From Candidatus Poribacteria bacterium (GTDB lineage Bacteria > Poribacteria > WGA-4E > PCPOR2b): 64,000 nt of DNA. Both the position numbers and the translations under genes were made by a program. How positions within the stretch are numbered: position 1 is the first letter of the stretch; the number at the start of each line of letters is the position of its first letter. The DNA lies in the NCBI GenBank assembly GCA_965116925.1, contig OZ220744.1, positions 1,376,001-1,440,000 of the forward strand, given 5' to 3'. The notes under the pieces were generated by a model, which did no database searches, was not told the DNA's origin, and worked only from the letters and a program-made list of their open reading frames with translations. Of the stretch, positions 1 through 10,587 are shown piece by piece.

Positions 1-369
1 GCAATCTTGACTCGCCAACGCTGGATACGCCACAAATTCATTCATGAAACCTACGACGAGCGGATGGTCAGCGAGTTTCTGCATCGGTCCGCCGAGAGGA
101 GAACGCTCATGTTCAGGGATAGATTCCGGGTCATTACGCAACTGGTAACCAAATTCTCGTATCTCTTTGATTTCGTTTTCCGTCAACACGCCCGGAATCA
201 ATACCCACCCTTTACTATCAAAGACATATTTCTGTTCCTGAGTGAGTTCAATCACCGGTTCACCGTCCGAATTGGTGCGGGTTAAATCGGTCTGATCGGG
301 ATCTAGGTTCGCCCCCAAGTTCTTATCGACAATGAACGGTTTCGCATAGGTGCTGTCTGTTAATGCCAT
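1..369 (-). CDS. PhyH-family (phytanoyl-CoA dioxygenase-like) protein, 5' part; runs off the window start
   Basis: Not in the ORF track; translated by hand. ATG at 369 follows GGAGGAG and the frame is open to position 1: MALTDST...ELTQEQKYVFDSKGWVLIPGVLTENEI..., a typical PhyH N-terminus. Confidence 0.75.
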   Translation of the reverse strand, partial: MALTDSTYAKPFIVDKNLGANLDPDQTDLTRTNSDGEPVIELTQEQKYVFDSKGWVLIPGVLTENEIKEIREFGYQLRNDPESIPEHERSPLGGPMQKLADHPLVVGFMNEFVAYPALASQDC

Positions 370-449
370 AGAAGAATATCTCCTCCAATAGTCGATGGGA
401 TTCAGGAATCAGTGGGATAACCAAGTCCTGTCTCCCACTTTCGTAACGA

Positions 450-1253
450 TTAGTTCGCGTCTCGATTTGTCTTATAACCGGATACGATGGTATTCGTGTT
501 ACCTTCCAGTACATTGTTCGGATCAATCTTGTATGGGTCATCCTCATATCGACCAACCGGGCGCATTGCCGAATCGTGGTAGCCAAAGCGAACAGATCGA
601 CGCCACTTATCGGTGCGATTGACATTGGACCAGTGGATAGTGCAGTAGCTAAAGAATATCACATCCCCCGCCTTAGCAGGTATCGGAATAGACTCCACTT
701 TGTCCGGGTGATACACATCGGTCGGTAGATGCGGTGCAGTTTCGGGGCCCATGATGTGTTCAAGCCCCCCATCCTTATGGCTACCCGGCACAACGCAAAG
801 GCTTCCGCTCTCAAGCGGCGTATCATCGAGGTGAAGCAGACAGTCGACAAAATCTAGACCATCATGAGGATAGAAGGGATAGTCCTGATGCATCGGGAAG
901 GGAGTCCCTCGTTCCGGGGGCTTTGCGTGTAAAACTGTATGATGCCACTGGACGCTGGAACCAATCAGATCTTGCACACAACCCACTAGCTTTTCGTTGA
1001 ACATCACGCGTCCCCAAGTCGCTGAGTAAAAATGGGGATTGTGCATCAGTACTGCCTTCGTTGCTTGCTGTTCATCTTCGGCGAGGTATTTCTCGCGCCA
1101 CGGTCCCCGCCAGCCAATTGTTTCCTCTCCCCAGTCGCCGATAATCTTAATCATTTCAGATCCGAGCTCTTCAACCTCTTCGGGAGTGAAAAGCCCTTCA
1201 ATTTTGACGTAACCGTATTGGTTATACGCATCGATCTGTTCTTGGGTTAACAT
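450..1253 (-). CDS. PhyH-family Fe(II)/2-oxoglutarate dioxygenase
   Basis: MLTQEQ start after AGGAGG; HQD motif, VPGSH and distal His (TIHWS). Confidence 0.9.
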   Translation of the reverse strand: MLTQEQIDAYNQYGYVKIEGLFTPEEVEELGSEMIKIIGDWGEETIGWRGPWREKYLAEDEQQATKAVLMHNPHFYSATWGRVMFNEKLVGCVQDLIGSSVQWHHTVLHAKPPERGTPFPMHQDYPFYPHDGLDFVDCLLHLDDTPLESGSLCVVPGSHKDGGLEHIMGPETAPHLPTDVYHPDKVESIPIPAKAGDVIFFSYCTIHWSNVNRTDKWRRSVRFGYHDSAMRPVGRYEDDPYKIDPNNVLEGNTNTIVSGYKTNRDAN

Positions 1254-1508
1254 GAGAAACCTCCTGTGGTAGAAAATTGATTCAATTAACTGATGCCGTT
1301 CCATACCTTGAAGCGGTTCAATTATTTTCGGTGCTGTTGATACAGGAAATATTAAACAACATCCACACTGAATATGTCAAGCCAATCTTGGCTTAATGTA
1401 GGGGCATTTAATTCTCCCGCAGCTCGATCTCCCGGTCGGGACTACGGCGGGGCAAGATGCCCCGCCTACAACTTTGGCCATTCCGAGATCGGTTAAAAAA
1501 CCTAAAAC

Positions 1509-1616
1509 TATAGTGAATTCAAAAAATAAACAGACACTTTCGCGCCCCATGTTTGGTAGGCGCTGTTTCCAACTGCGCCGATTTGGAGTGTCTCATTAAT
1601 TCTAAAATCTACTATA
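1509..1616. mobile_element. MITE family A (TA-flanked, Correia-like ends) carrying a GTAG REP hairpin
   Basis: Imperfect TIRs TATAGTGAATTCAAAAAATAAACAGACAC / GTGTCTCATTAATTCTAAAATCTACTATA; the same ends recur at 35796-36016 and 54326-55919. Internal GGTAGGCGCTGTTTCCAACTGCGCC at 1555-1579. Confidence 0.8.
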
Positions 1617-1702
1617 AATGACCCTAGGCTTAATGTTCAAAAGGGTTGTATAGGGGCGTTTAGTTCTCCTGTAGGAGGGATCTCCGAATCCCGGTGCCTC
1701 AC

Positions 1703-3727
1703 TCATTTTTCTTTCCGAAAAATTAAACTGAATTGATGGAGCTGATTGGAAACGTAAGCATACGGATAACCAAATGGATAAAGCTTCAACGATTTATCAT
1801 ACCAGATTTTGTAGCCTCGAAACCGCAAATTTTCCAAATCATCAAGAGTTTCGACAACATCAGCGTGGATCATGTTGTGATACTTTTCTGTCGGTTGGAG
1901 ATCTTTACAGAAAATAACAACGTAGCCTTTCGGTTTGAGGTGTTCCATCGCTTGAACAATCACCGCCCTGAGTGATTTGTAAAACTCAGATGGTGGCATA
2001 TTCCCTAAATCATCAGGGCTATCCGTGAAAGGCGTTGGACTATCATCTCCTGTTCTCTTTTTTCGATCGCCGCTGCGCTTCCGAGAAAGCATGTCACTGT
2101 AGGGCGGGTCGGTCAAGACCAAATCAAATGGTTCAGTGCCCGCCAAAAGATCCTTCAAATTTCTCGCATCTCCACAAAGGAAAGGTTGCGCTTCCAAGCC
2201 AAGTTCAGTCGAAGCTTGATGGTAAACCTCAAGATATTCGTGGGAGAGGTCAACCCCGACACCATGTCTGCCTGTCATTGCACACGCTAGCAGTGTGCCG
2301 CCGACCCCAACAAATGGATCTAAGACACGCCCTCCTCTCTTCGTAAAAAACTCAATCAGACGTTTCATGAGTGCCGGCGGTTTCGGTGAAGGGTGTTGCT
2401 TCCGAATCCGATGTGCATCAGATTGGGGACCGTTGGTCGGATAGTGTGTATCCCAAACGGGAGCCGATGCAATCGCCCACTCCTCCTCAGACAGATCATT
2501 GAGTTTACCCACATTGTGTCCTTCACCTTCCAATTCCACCGAGTTGAGAAAATATGTCCATTCGCTCCCGGACAGATCGTTGAGCGGATTTCGCGGGTCG
2601 TAGCGCCGTTTTGGCTCTTTTTCCTCGCTTTTTGGTCGAGGTCGTTTTGGCGAGGTTTTCACTTCTAGGTGAAATAGCAATTCCTGTACACGGTTGTCTA
2701 GAGCCGGTTGATCGCCATGAGAATTGCTTTTGAATCGCCGGTAGTCAATGGAAGAATCGCAGCGAGGTTCGCCTCGAAGGGCAAGGATAGACACCAATTC
2801 ATCACGCGACAGAATCCCTTCGTTGTTGTAACTCACCAGAATATGTCGTGCGTCAGCCTTCTCTATCAGGTCTTGGAATGCCTGATAACAATTTGATTTG
2901 GAGCAGTACGCCGATTTTTCCCCTTCGTCATCGTTCCGCAGCCCCGTTTTCCCACGTAGTACAGGGGCATCATACCGCGCGATTGTCTCCAACAGGTGAT
3001 AGTTGGTAATATATTGACGGGTGTTGTACGGCGGATCGAGGTAGAGAACATCGCACTGAATATCTTCAATTAGCTGATTCGCATCCCCCCGAAATACCTG
3101 ATGTGGCAGATCTGATTGAATAATCTCAGCCGGAACCACGGGCAAATCTTTGTAAGTCCGAGGATCCCAGTGTTTGAGATATGCACCATAGGTGCCAGAA
3201 ATATTAGCGACCTTTGATGTTGCCTCCAACAGTGGTAGGAGTAATAGATAAAATTCGTTCTCCGTGATCTCACCCGCATCGTGCCACCCTTGAATTTGCT
3301 GGCGGATCGCATCAATCTTCTGTCCATTGCTGTCGGACAGGTATTGCCGGCTATATTCATTATTTCCGGACGGACAGTAACTGTGGAAGATAAATCCCTT
3401 CTTGCCGGGGAGGCAGTTCAGCCAAGCAACCACCTTATGGTATGGTGAAAGAGTAGCAAACAGGCTATCACCTTGTACATCACCAAGTGTCTCGACAATG
3501 CCGGCAAATTTTGGTTCCTTGTTGTTGGCAATCAACGCTCGCTGAAAGGCGTAGGAGAGTTCGAGAAGGTCGTTAGAGATAATCTGAAAGCCTCGACGTT
3601 TGAAGTGCGCCGCAACACACGCCGTTCCGGCGAATAGGTCACAAAATATCCCTTCCTTAACTCCTAGCTTGTCAACTACTCCTTCAATATGGGATAGCAG
3701 ATTCCATTTACTACCGATATAACGCAT
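1703..3727 (-). CDS. Fused double DNA amino-methyltransferase (N-terminal D12/FokI-like N6-adenine MTase + C-terminal N4/N6 MTase)
   Basis: MRYIGSK, DLFAGT and YLDPPY in the first half; VLDPFVGVG and LTDPPY in the second half; Lys/Pro-rich linker. Confidence 0.85.
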   Translation of the reverse strand: MRYIGSKWNLLSHIEGVVDKLGVKEGIFCDLFAGTACVAAHFKRRGFQIISNDLLELSYAFQRALIANNKEPKFAGIVETLGDVQGDSLFATLSPYHKVVAWLNCLPGKKGFIFHSYCPSGNNEYSRQYLSDSNGQKIDAIRQQIQGWHDAGEITENEFYLLLLPLLEATSKVANISGTYGAYLKHWDPRTYKDLPVVPAEIIQSDLPHQVFRGDANQLIEDIQCDVLYLDPPYNTRQYITNYHLLETIARYDAPVLRGKTGLRNDDEGEKSAYCSKSNCYQAFQDLIEKADARHILVSYNNEGILSRDELVSILALRGEPRCDSSIDYRRFKSNSHGDQPALDNRVQELLFHLEVKTSPKRPRPKSEEKEPKRRYDPRNPLNDLSGSEWTYFLNSVELEGEGHNVGKLNDLSEEEWAIASAPVWDTHYPTNGPQSDAHRIRKQHPSPKPPALMKRLIEFFTKRGGRVLDPFVGVGGTLLACAMTGRHGVGVDLSHEYLEVYHQASTELGLEAQPFLCGDARNLKDLLAGTEPFDLVLTDPPYSDMLSRKRSGDRKKRTGDDSPTPFTDSPDDLGNMPPSEFYKSLRAVIVQAMEHLKPKGYVVIFCKDLQPTEKYHNMIHADVVETLDDLENLRFRGYKIWYDKSLKLYPFGYPYAYVSNQLHQFSLIFRKEK

Positions 3728-3773
3728 AAGCCACCCGCGTCTGGTTGGTGCAGACTATCATGCGCTTCTGCAT

Positions 3774-4640
3774 CTAACACTCAACGTCTTTACCTTCGCT
3801 TCCGAACACGTCCATCCGCTCTTGGGTCTCAATTTTTCCGGTGCTTTCAGGACAATAATGGAATTGCAAGGCCCGACGGCGCAGATTCGATCGATTCGCA
3901 GGCGTGCCGTGATGTAGCAGTCCATGCCAAAGTAGACAGCCCCCTGGCTTGAGCGGCACCATCACCTCTCGATCTACAGGGACATGGGTATCGCAGATCT
4001 GCCAATCGCGTCGGTTGAAATGTACCACCGGACCCTCTCTATGAGAACCGGGGATGATGTGCATACAGCCGTTTTCGGGTGTGGCTTCATCCAGTGCAAT
4101 CCAAGCAGCAACAACCGGTGTGTCCAACGGCAAATTGAAGTAAGCACAGTCCTGATGCCACGGCTTTTCTGAACCGATGTGCGGTGGTTTAATCAATCCC
4201 ATATCTTGGAACAGTCTAGGTGTATCCTCAATCAGGCGTTGAACGACAGCGATCAATCCTTCATGCTCGGATAGTGCTTTTAGGCGCGGTTCAAAGTTCA
4301 CAAAACTAGCGATCTTGCGGATAATATCGCGTCTCTCTTCTGTGGGCAACTCCGACCTATATTTAACTAGTTTCGGCTCATATTGAATGCCCCGGTAATC
4401 TGGATTTTTCCCGTCCATCAGGTACAGCATCCCGTCCAATGTTTCGCGCACCTCTTCCGGACCGAACGCGTCGTGGATAACTAGGTATCCGTTCTCATGA
4501 AAAAACTGGACAGCCGCATCGGTTACAGCTTCAAAACCACCGCAAATCCCTTCCGCCGCCGAATCGAAGTGATAAAGCTCTTCTGGATATAGAATCGCTT
4601 GGGCAGCTTTAATCGAGTCTTCATTTATAGATTTTAACAT
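3774..4640 (-). CDS. PhyH-family dioxygenase
   Basis: KPWHQD, WIALD, IPGSH and LLHHGT motifs. Confidence 0.9.
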   Translation of the reverse strand: MLKSINEDSIKAAQAILYPEELYHFDSAAEGICGGFEAVTDAAVQFFHENGYLVIHDAFGPEEVRETLDGMLYLMDGKNPDYRGIQYEPKLVKYRSELPTEERRDIIRKIASFVNFEPRLKALSEHEGLIAVVQRLIEDTPRLFQDMGLIKPPHIGSEKPWHQDCAYFNLPLDTPVVAAWIALDEATPENGCMHIIPGSHREGPVVHFNRRDWQICDTHVPVDREVMVPLKPGGCLLWHGLLHHGTPANRSNLRRRALQFHYCPESTGKIETQERMDVFGSEGKDVEC

Positions 4641-4687
4641 TTCATAATCCCCTTCTTATGTTAAATTCAGTGAGGACGTGGGGACTT

Positions 4688-5599
4688 TCAAAACCCCAGC
4701 AGTTGTACCTCAGTCTCCAGATCAACACCCCTCTCCCGTTTGACGTGAGCTTGGATATATTGGACAAGGGATAGTACATCATGAGCAGTCGCATCATCAA
4801 GGTTGAGGATAAAGTTGCCGTGGATTTTGGACACCTCCGCTCCACCAATCCGATGTCCCTTCAAACCGCATTCATCAATAAGCTTTCCAGCAGAATGACC
4901 GGGGGGATTCTTGAACATACAGCCTGCGTTCTCCTCGGCAAAAGGTTGGCTCGTGATTTTCTGGTTATAGAGATCTTGCATAAGGTTGTCAACTTCCTCC
5001 ACATCACCGGGAGTTAGGGTAAGCGTTGCTCCTGTAACGCAGAAGTAAGGTTTCAGTCCGCTATGACGATAGCTAAATTGTGCGTCATCGTGGCTGAGAT
5101 CTATGAGTTCACCTTCGTCTGTCATCACCGTCACGCGCTCGACCAAATCTCCGAAGCTGCTGCCCCAAGCACCTGCATTCATAATCAGCGCACCACCGAC
5201 GGATCCCGGAATCCCAAGCGCGAACTCGACGCCGCTCAATCCGTGACTTGCCGCGATTTTTGACAGTCGTGGCAAAGAGACACCTGCGCCTACGTCAACA
5301 CAGTTTCCATCAAATTCAAGTCGATTAAATTCTCCGATTAATCGGATGATAATCCCCGGATATCCGGCGTCACTAACCAGCAAATTTGACCCTCGGCCAA
5401 TGATGGCAACCGGTACGTTCCTACGCTTTTTCAGTTGTGCTACATACGCCAATTCGTCAATTGTGCTCACTTCAAAATACGCTGCGGCGTTGCCGCCTAT
5501 TCCAAAATAGTTGTGCTTACTGAGTGGCTCATCGAAGCGCAGTTTGGACAGGTCGTTTCGACTTTGAGTGAAGGAGGCGAGTTCTTCTTTCCAACCCAT
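4688..5599 (-). CDS. murB: UDP-N-acetylenolpyruvoylglucosamine reductase
   Basis: GRGSNLLV, GIPGSVGGALIMNAGA, AGCMFKNP (Cys at the usual Ser position), HGNFI and LETEV. Confidence 0.95.
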   Translation of the reverse strand: MGWKEELASFTQSRNDLSKLRFDEPLSKHNYFGIGGNAAAYFEVSTIDELAYVAQLKKRRNVPVAIIGRGSNLLVSDAGYPGIIIRLIGEFNRLEFDGNCVDVGAGVSLPRLSKIAASHGLSGVEFALGIPGSVGGALIMNAGAWGSSFGDLVERVTVMTDEGELIDLSHDDAQFSYRHSGLKPYFCVTGATLTLTPGDVEEVDNLMQDLYNQKITSQPFAEENAGCMFKNPPGHSAGKLIDECGLKGHRIGGAEVSKIHGNFILNLDDATAHDVLSLVQYIQAHVKRERGVDLETEVQLLGF

Positions 5600-5613
5600 T
5601 TTAATTTCTCACT

Positions 5614-6408
5614 TTAACTCGGATAAATAACATGCGAATTTCGAGGGATAATCAACGGTTGAGGTCCATCAGCGGGAAATTGTGCTGCCCACTCATTTGG
5701 GTCATAATCTCGCGTGACAAAGCAGGAACGGTGCGAGGGGACAGCGTGCTTGAGACCAATCCTTTCCGCCATCTTCACGCAGCCGTCGTAGAACGGAAAT
5801 TCACCTTCCGTCGGATGATTCGTCAAGAATCCGATGTCTGGGTTATGTGCAGCGACGGCGTTCACCAACTCATCGTGATCAGCAAAGGTGTTGATAGGAT
5901 CGCCGGAAAAGTAGAGCGTCACTCCATCCGTCTTGAGAACGTAACCGAGATGGGTGACATCGGGCGGGGCGATATCCGCATCCGGATGACCGTTTGGCGG
6001 CTTCGCATAGACGGCATTAACCGTGAGTGAACCGAGTGATGATGATTCGCCAGCGCGAATTGTCGTCGTCCGATCTGCGCCAACAGTCGTATCTGCTAGC
6101 ACCTGTGCTATACTCTCCTCTGGTCCGACGCACCTTACCTCCGGTGAAATTTGATGAATGCGATTGATCGATTCGGGCCAAGTGTGGTCGCCGTGGTTGT
6201 GTGTCAACAGCACATAGTCCGTTGGAAGTTGGGATTCGTCCAACGGCGGCTCAGTGTGGATGAATCTGTCAGCAGGACGGTCATGTGGGTAGTATGGGTC
6301 AATCTGTACAATTGTCCCGTGCGAATCCTTCACCGCGAAGGTGCTCTGCTCAAACCAATGAACAGCGACAGCCCCGTCTGGTACTTCAAGATCTACGAGT
6401 GGATGCAT
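5614..6408 (-). CDS. MBL-fold metallo-hydrolase (UlaG-like)
   Basis: THNHGDH, YFSGD and VPSH motifs. Confidence 0.85.
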   Translation of the reverse strand: MHPLVDLEVPDGAVAVHWFEQSTFAVKDSHGTIVQIDPYYPHDRPADRFIHTEPPLDESQLPTDYVLLTHNHGDHTWPESINRIHQISPEVRCVGPEESIAQVLADTTVGADRTTTIRAGESSSLGSLTVNAVYAKPPNGHPDADIAPPDVTHLGYVLKTDGVTLYFSGDPINTFADHDELVNAVAAHNPDIGFLTNHPTEGEFPFYDGCVKMAERIGLKHAVPSHRSCFVTRDYDPNEWAAQFPADGPQPLIIPRNSHVIYPS

Positions 6409-6446
6409 CTTAACTCCTCCAATTATCTTTATTGTATAAGACGTGC

Positions 6447-6521
6447 AATAAACTAATGAATCAATGAACTAATGAACCAATGTACCAAACCGTTTTCACG
6501 TTTCACGCATCACGTTTCACG
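6447..6521. repeat. Intergenic short tandem repeats: AATGAAC(C/T) octamers and TTTCACG heptamers
   Basis: Seen directly; related arrays at about 7830, 8907, 14521, 30271, 34327, 44655 and 48362. Confidence 0.85.
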
Positions 6522-6524
6522 CTC

Positions 6525-7610
6525 TTACAGTTTCCCCTCTCGTCGCAGGATGTCAACCAACGAATCACTCACGCCGAGGGGTAAATCAACCCAAGCGTTG
6601 TTGCGTCGTTCCGATTCGTAAATTGCCATGATAACCTCAATGGAGGCACGACCATCATGTCCGGTGCAGCGTGGCTGCGTGTCATTCTCAATGCAATTAA
6701 TCAAATCCTGTGCAGCGCGTAGGGTTGCGGTTTCCTTCCAAGTCGAATCAGGGAGCGGGCGCGGCTCAAGGTTCCACCAGGATCCCTTCTCAAATTCTAT
6801 CGGTTCCGCTTTCCACATACCCGCACCAAAGCCTAACCGCACCAGTCCTCTCTCGCACTGTAGCTCCACATCCCACCGCTCATATTCAGTCAGTTCATCA
6901 CTAATGACAGCCCCATCCACGCCATTCTGGAATTGCAACAGGGAATAGCTGGTATCCTCCACACGGAACTCATGACGGGTACGCCTCCGCGCCGTACCTA
7001 GCACTGATTCAACATCGCCTGCAAAGATGCGAAGTGTGTCGAAGGTATGTACGGCATCGTGCAACAACGGTCCTTCAGTATCAGCGACCCAGTCCGGAGA
7101 TGGCTTACATCCCTCACAATGAGCGACGACATGGAGTAGTGCTCCCAACTCACCGGAGTCTATCAGATCTTTCGCCGCCTGATACTCCCCTGACCATCGC
7201 CGCGAACAGTTGATTAGCATCTTCACCCCGTTCTGTTCGCAAGCATCGATCATAGCGTCGCACTCACCTATGCTTAACGCCATCGGCTTCTCACAAAAGA
7301 TCCCCTTCACACCCGCCTCGACGGAGGCAATTACCATCTCCGGATGCAGCGGTGGGTGCGTGGCGACGGCAACGATGTCCAAGTCCTCTTTTGATAGCAT
7401 CTCACGATAATCGTGATAAAGCGCATCCACTCCCCAGCGCTTTCCAAAGGCGTGCAATTTCTCTGCGCCTCGGTTACAGCCTGCAACGAGTTCGGTGCTG
7501 GACATTGCTTCAAACGCACCCGCAATTGAAATGGGATACGCATCAGACTCGTCCTCCATCGTGCTGGCAATGCGCCCACAACCCATAATCCCCACACGAT
7601 ACATGTCCAT
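6525..7610 (-). CDS. Gfo/Idh/MocA-family oxidoreductase
   Basis: GIMGCGRIA, CEKPMA and HDAVHTFD motifs. Confidence 0.92.
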   Translation of the reverse strand: MDMYRVGIMGCGRIASTMEDESDAYPISIAGAFEAMSSTELVAGCNRGAEKLHAFGKRWGVDALYHDYREMLSKEDLDIVAVATHPPLHPEMVIASVEAGVKGIFCEKPMALSIGECDAMIDACEQNGVKMLINCSRRWSGEYQAAKDLIDSGELGALLHVVAHCEGCKPSPDWVADTEGPLLHDAVHTFDTLRIFAGDVESVLGTARRRTRHEFRVEDTSYSLLQFQNGVDGAVISDELTEYERWDVELQCERGLVRLGFGAGMWKAEPIEFEKGSWWNLEPRPLPDSTWKETATLRAAQDLINCIENDTQPRCTGHDGRASIEVIMAIYESERRNNAWVDLPLGVSDSLVDILRREGKL

Positions 7611-7647
7611 ATAACCTCCTAAACGTGAAAAGTAATAAGCAATGGTA

Positions 7648-7767
7648 CTAGTACACTGTCAGGCAAATTATGATTGTCTATATGGATTGAGACTCATAAT
7701 ACTTTCGTAGGGGTCGGGTGACCCGACCCCCTTGTTGATATGCAAAACTTATCTGACTGAGTACTAG
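7648..7767. mobile_element. MITE family D (CTAG-flanked) carrying REP hairpin GTAGGGGTCGGGTGACCCGACCCC
   Basis: CTAG at both ends and imperfect TIRs; near-identical copy at 12563-12680. Confidence 0.85.
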
Positions 7768-7857
7768 TTTGGAGCTGTTGATAACGTGAAACGTGATGCC
7801 TAAAACGCTCTGTTTTTTCACCATAGCGTAATGAACCAATGAACTAATGAACCAAAC

Positions 7858-8745
7858 TCATCCAATTCCAATCTCACGTAGATACTCGCGAGTACGTTTG
7901 GCAATCGGCAACGGTTTATCGAAAGGGGCCGGATACATATCCTGCTCGACAATCGCGTAGCCGTTGTAATCAATCTCCTGCAGCAAATCCCGAAACGCAA
8001 GAAAATCCACCGCACCTTTTGACGGTTCAACGAACATATCCATTTTCACTGCTTCAGCGAATGGAATCCCTTCCGCTTCTACTTGTGTCTGTATCTCTGG
8101 ATCAATGCTCTTCAAGTGCAAGTACGGAATGCGATCATGGTGTCGGCGCATGAAATTGATGGGGTCTCCACCCCGATACGCGTGATGCCCCGTATCGAAG
8201 CAGATGGATACTCGGTCCGGATCGGTCTGCTCTAGGAATGCTTCTATCTGATCTTCGTACTCAACGTGTGTCTCCGCATGGGGGTGGAATACCAGTTGAA
8301 GTCCAAACCTGTCTCGTGCTATATCCGCCACCTTGTGTGTTGTTTCGATAAATCGTCCCCACGCATTTTCGTCAAGACGCTTAGGCGCGATTGCCTCACC
8401 AGTAAAGAGATCCGTATAGGTGTCGTCGATGAGCACAATATATTTCGCGTCGAGGGCTGCGAGACGCTCGCCTGCACCTAACACCTGCCGCTCTAGCTCA
8501 GCCCACAACGAAGGCTCCTCAACATTCGCCATTGCAAACGTTCCCGTCACCTTCAAACCGCGGCTGCTGAGTTCTCGGCGGAGGGTAGGCAAATCGGTCG
8601 GGAGATAGCCGTACGGTCCCAACTCCGTCCATTCGTAGCCGGCTTCGACGATTTCATCCATGAATCGATGCCACGGTGTCTGCTGCGGATCACTCGGAAA
8701 CCAAACACCCCAAGAGTCCGGCGCACTGCCGATTGTGATGTTCAT
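7858..8745 (-). CDS. Sugar phosphate isomerase/epimerase TIM barrel (IolE-like inosose dehydratase)
   Basis: APDSWGVW, ELGPYGYLP, FHPHAET, DTGH, HLKS and VEQD motifs. Confidence 0.85.
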   Translation of the reverse strand: MNITIGSAPDSWGVWFPSDPQQTPWHRFMDEIVEAGYEWTELGPYGYLPTDLPTLRRELSSRGLKVTGTFAMANVEEPSLWAELERQVLGAGERLAALDAKYIVLIDDTYTDLFTGEAIAPKRLDENAWGRFIETTHKVADIARDRFGLQLVFHPHAETHVEYEDQIEAFLEQTDPDRVSICFDTGHHAYRGGDPINFMRRHHDRIPYLHLKSIDPEIQTQVEAEGIPFAEAVKMDMFVEPSKGAVDFLAFRDLLQEIDYNGYAIVEQDMYPAPFDKPLPIAKRTREYLREIGIG

Positions 8746-8942
8746 ATTTTCGCTCCTCTATAGAAATATCTCCCACTACGCCACAGTACCAGGATTTTCC
8801 TGTAGGGGCGGGGTCTCCCCGCCCGTCAAGTGCCCTGCCTTTCCCCCCAGTTGCTTTGAATCCCGATTTATCGGGGAGGAGCACAATGTATAAGGTTCGT
8901 CAGTTTAATGAGCGAATGAACTAGTGAACCAATGAACTAATA

Positions 8943-9740
8943 TTACCAATCGCGTACGTAGCCAGCAGTCCAGCCACCATCCACCGGCAAGACAACCCCA
9001 TTAATGTAACTTGCCTCCGGTGACACCAAAAATAGCACAGCATTGGCTATTTCTTCCACCTTGCCCGGTCGACCCAGCGGGATGTGGGATAGCAAGCTAG
9101 CAGCGTTTTCGGTGTACGCGCCATCGGTGCCGTAGAACAACGCCTCGGTCCCGCGGGTCAGGGTAGACCCCGGCGCAACCGCATTGACGAGAATCCCCTC
9201 TGAACCGAGTTCTATCGCCATTGATTTTGTCAGATTGGCAACCCCCGCTTTGGCAGCGATATAGGCACTCTGCAACCGCAAGGGCACCAAACCCGCAATG
9301 GAACTCGTGTTTACGATGCGTCCGCCATCGGGGTCCTTCAGGAGTTCTGGAATAATCGCACGGCTGGTGACGAAAACGCCCGTCAGGTCAACCTGCACGA
9401 TACGATTCCAATCTTCAAGCGAATATTGGTGAATCGGCACACGATCGCTACGGGTATTGATGCCTGCATTATTGATCAGAATGTTAATCCGTCCAAGCCG
9501 ATCCATGACCTGCTCTGCCACAGCTTTCATCTGTTCCGCGTCGGATACGTCACCTTCCAGCGACATACACGAACCGCCGTCTTCAATAATCTGGTTCGAG
9601 GCTTTTTCACCGGCGTCGGCGTCGATATCCACGATGACGATGTGGGCACCGTTGTCGGATAATGCTTGCACAATGGCGCGTCCAATGCCGTGTGCTCCGC
9701 CTGTAACGATGGCGACCCGTTCATTTAGATCCACTTTCAT
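8943..9740 (-). CDS. Short-chain dehydrogenase/reductase
   Basis: TGGAHGIG, NNAG and YIAAK motifs. Confidence 0.95.
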   Translation of the reverse strand: MKVDLNERVAIVTGGAHGIGRAIVQALSDNGAHIVIVDIDADAGEKASNQIIEDGGSCMSLEGDVSDAEQMKAVAEQVMDRLGRINILINNAGINTRSDRVPIHQYSLEDWNRIVQVDLTGVFVTSRAIIPELLKDPDGGRIVNTSSIAGLVPLRLQSAYIAAKAGVANLTKSMAIELGSEGILVNAVAPGSTLTRGTEALFYGTDGAYTENAASLLSHIPLGRPGKVEEIANAVLFLVSPEASYINGVVLPVDGGWTAGYVRDW

Positions 9741-9765
9741 TGGATAATTTCCTCCTGCGAATATT

Positions 9766-10161
9766 TTATTGTTTTTGCGTTTCGTTCATTGTAGGTTTGT
9801 ACTGTACCGGGATTGGGAAAAGCCCGCGCTTTATCTCCATGCTTGAGACGTTTTCAGCTTGTAGTTTTTCTTGGAGATAGCGCGGAACGCCCCAGGGGTC
9901 AACGGAATCGCCGCAGGTAAATACATCGACAGCAGCGTAGCGATGTTCGGGCCATGTGTGAATAGATATATGGGATTCCGCAATGACGACCACACCGCTG
10001 ATCCCGTCCGGTTTGAAATGATGGAATGTATCCGATATCACCGTCGCCCCGGCGTGGTGCGCTGCCTCAAGCATGTATTGACGGATTCGATTTCTATCAG
10101 TAAGCACTTCACTCTGACAATCGTAAAATTCGATCAGAATTTGTCGTCCTAATGCTTGCAT
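9766..10161 (-). CDS. speD: S-adenosylmethionine decarboxylase proenzyme
   Basis: VVVIAESHISIHTWPE self-cleavage motif and DVFTCG. Confidence 0.95.
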   Translation of the reverse strand: MQALGRQILIEFYDCQSEVLTDRNRIRQYMLEAAHHAGATVISDTFHHFKPDGISGVVVIAESHISIHTWPEHRYAAVDVFTCGDSVDPWGVPRYLQEKLQAENVSSMEIKRGLFPIPVQYKPTMNETQKQ

Positions 10162-10587
10162 CGCCAGATTCCTGCCCTGTTACAGTGCCCGTATTCTCGC
10201 TGACCAACACAAAATCGCGTAAGGTGATGTAATTATAGCATAGTTGCCAAAAAACGGATTAAAAAAAGCAGCCTTGCTGCACATTGTGATGTTCAAATCA
10301 AGCGAGGAAGCTGAGAATTTGTCGGACTAACGATAGAGAAACCAAGTTTTTTCTTGACAAGTGTTTCGACGTTTGAAAAAATATCATTACCTATTTCGCG
10401 AGAGAGTGTCACATTACCGTCCGGGGGGACCTCTCGTGCTCAGTAACAAGAGTATGGAACGGAGATCCTAGAATCCATAAAATTGGTATTTTCCTAGCGT
10501 TGAGACGGCTCATGAGAAACTTTCCGATAATCCCATCGTTTCTAATAGTTGCCTTCTTTGGGCTTACAAGGAAATGAAAATTTCCAT

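Noticed and set aside
7..285. 92-aa plus-strand ORF
   Set aside because: Shadow of the minus-strand PhyH gene (369 to <1), which has an RBS and family motifs.
4688..5599. MurB Ser-to-Cys active-site change as inactivation
   Set aside because: Cys at this position is a known natural variant and the other motifs are intact.
10354..10560. Possible ncRNA after TTGACA at 10354
   Set aside because: No recognisable tRNA, tmRNA, SRP, 6S or riboswitch signature; an Rfam scan would be needed.
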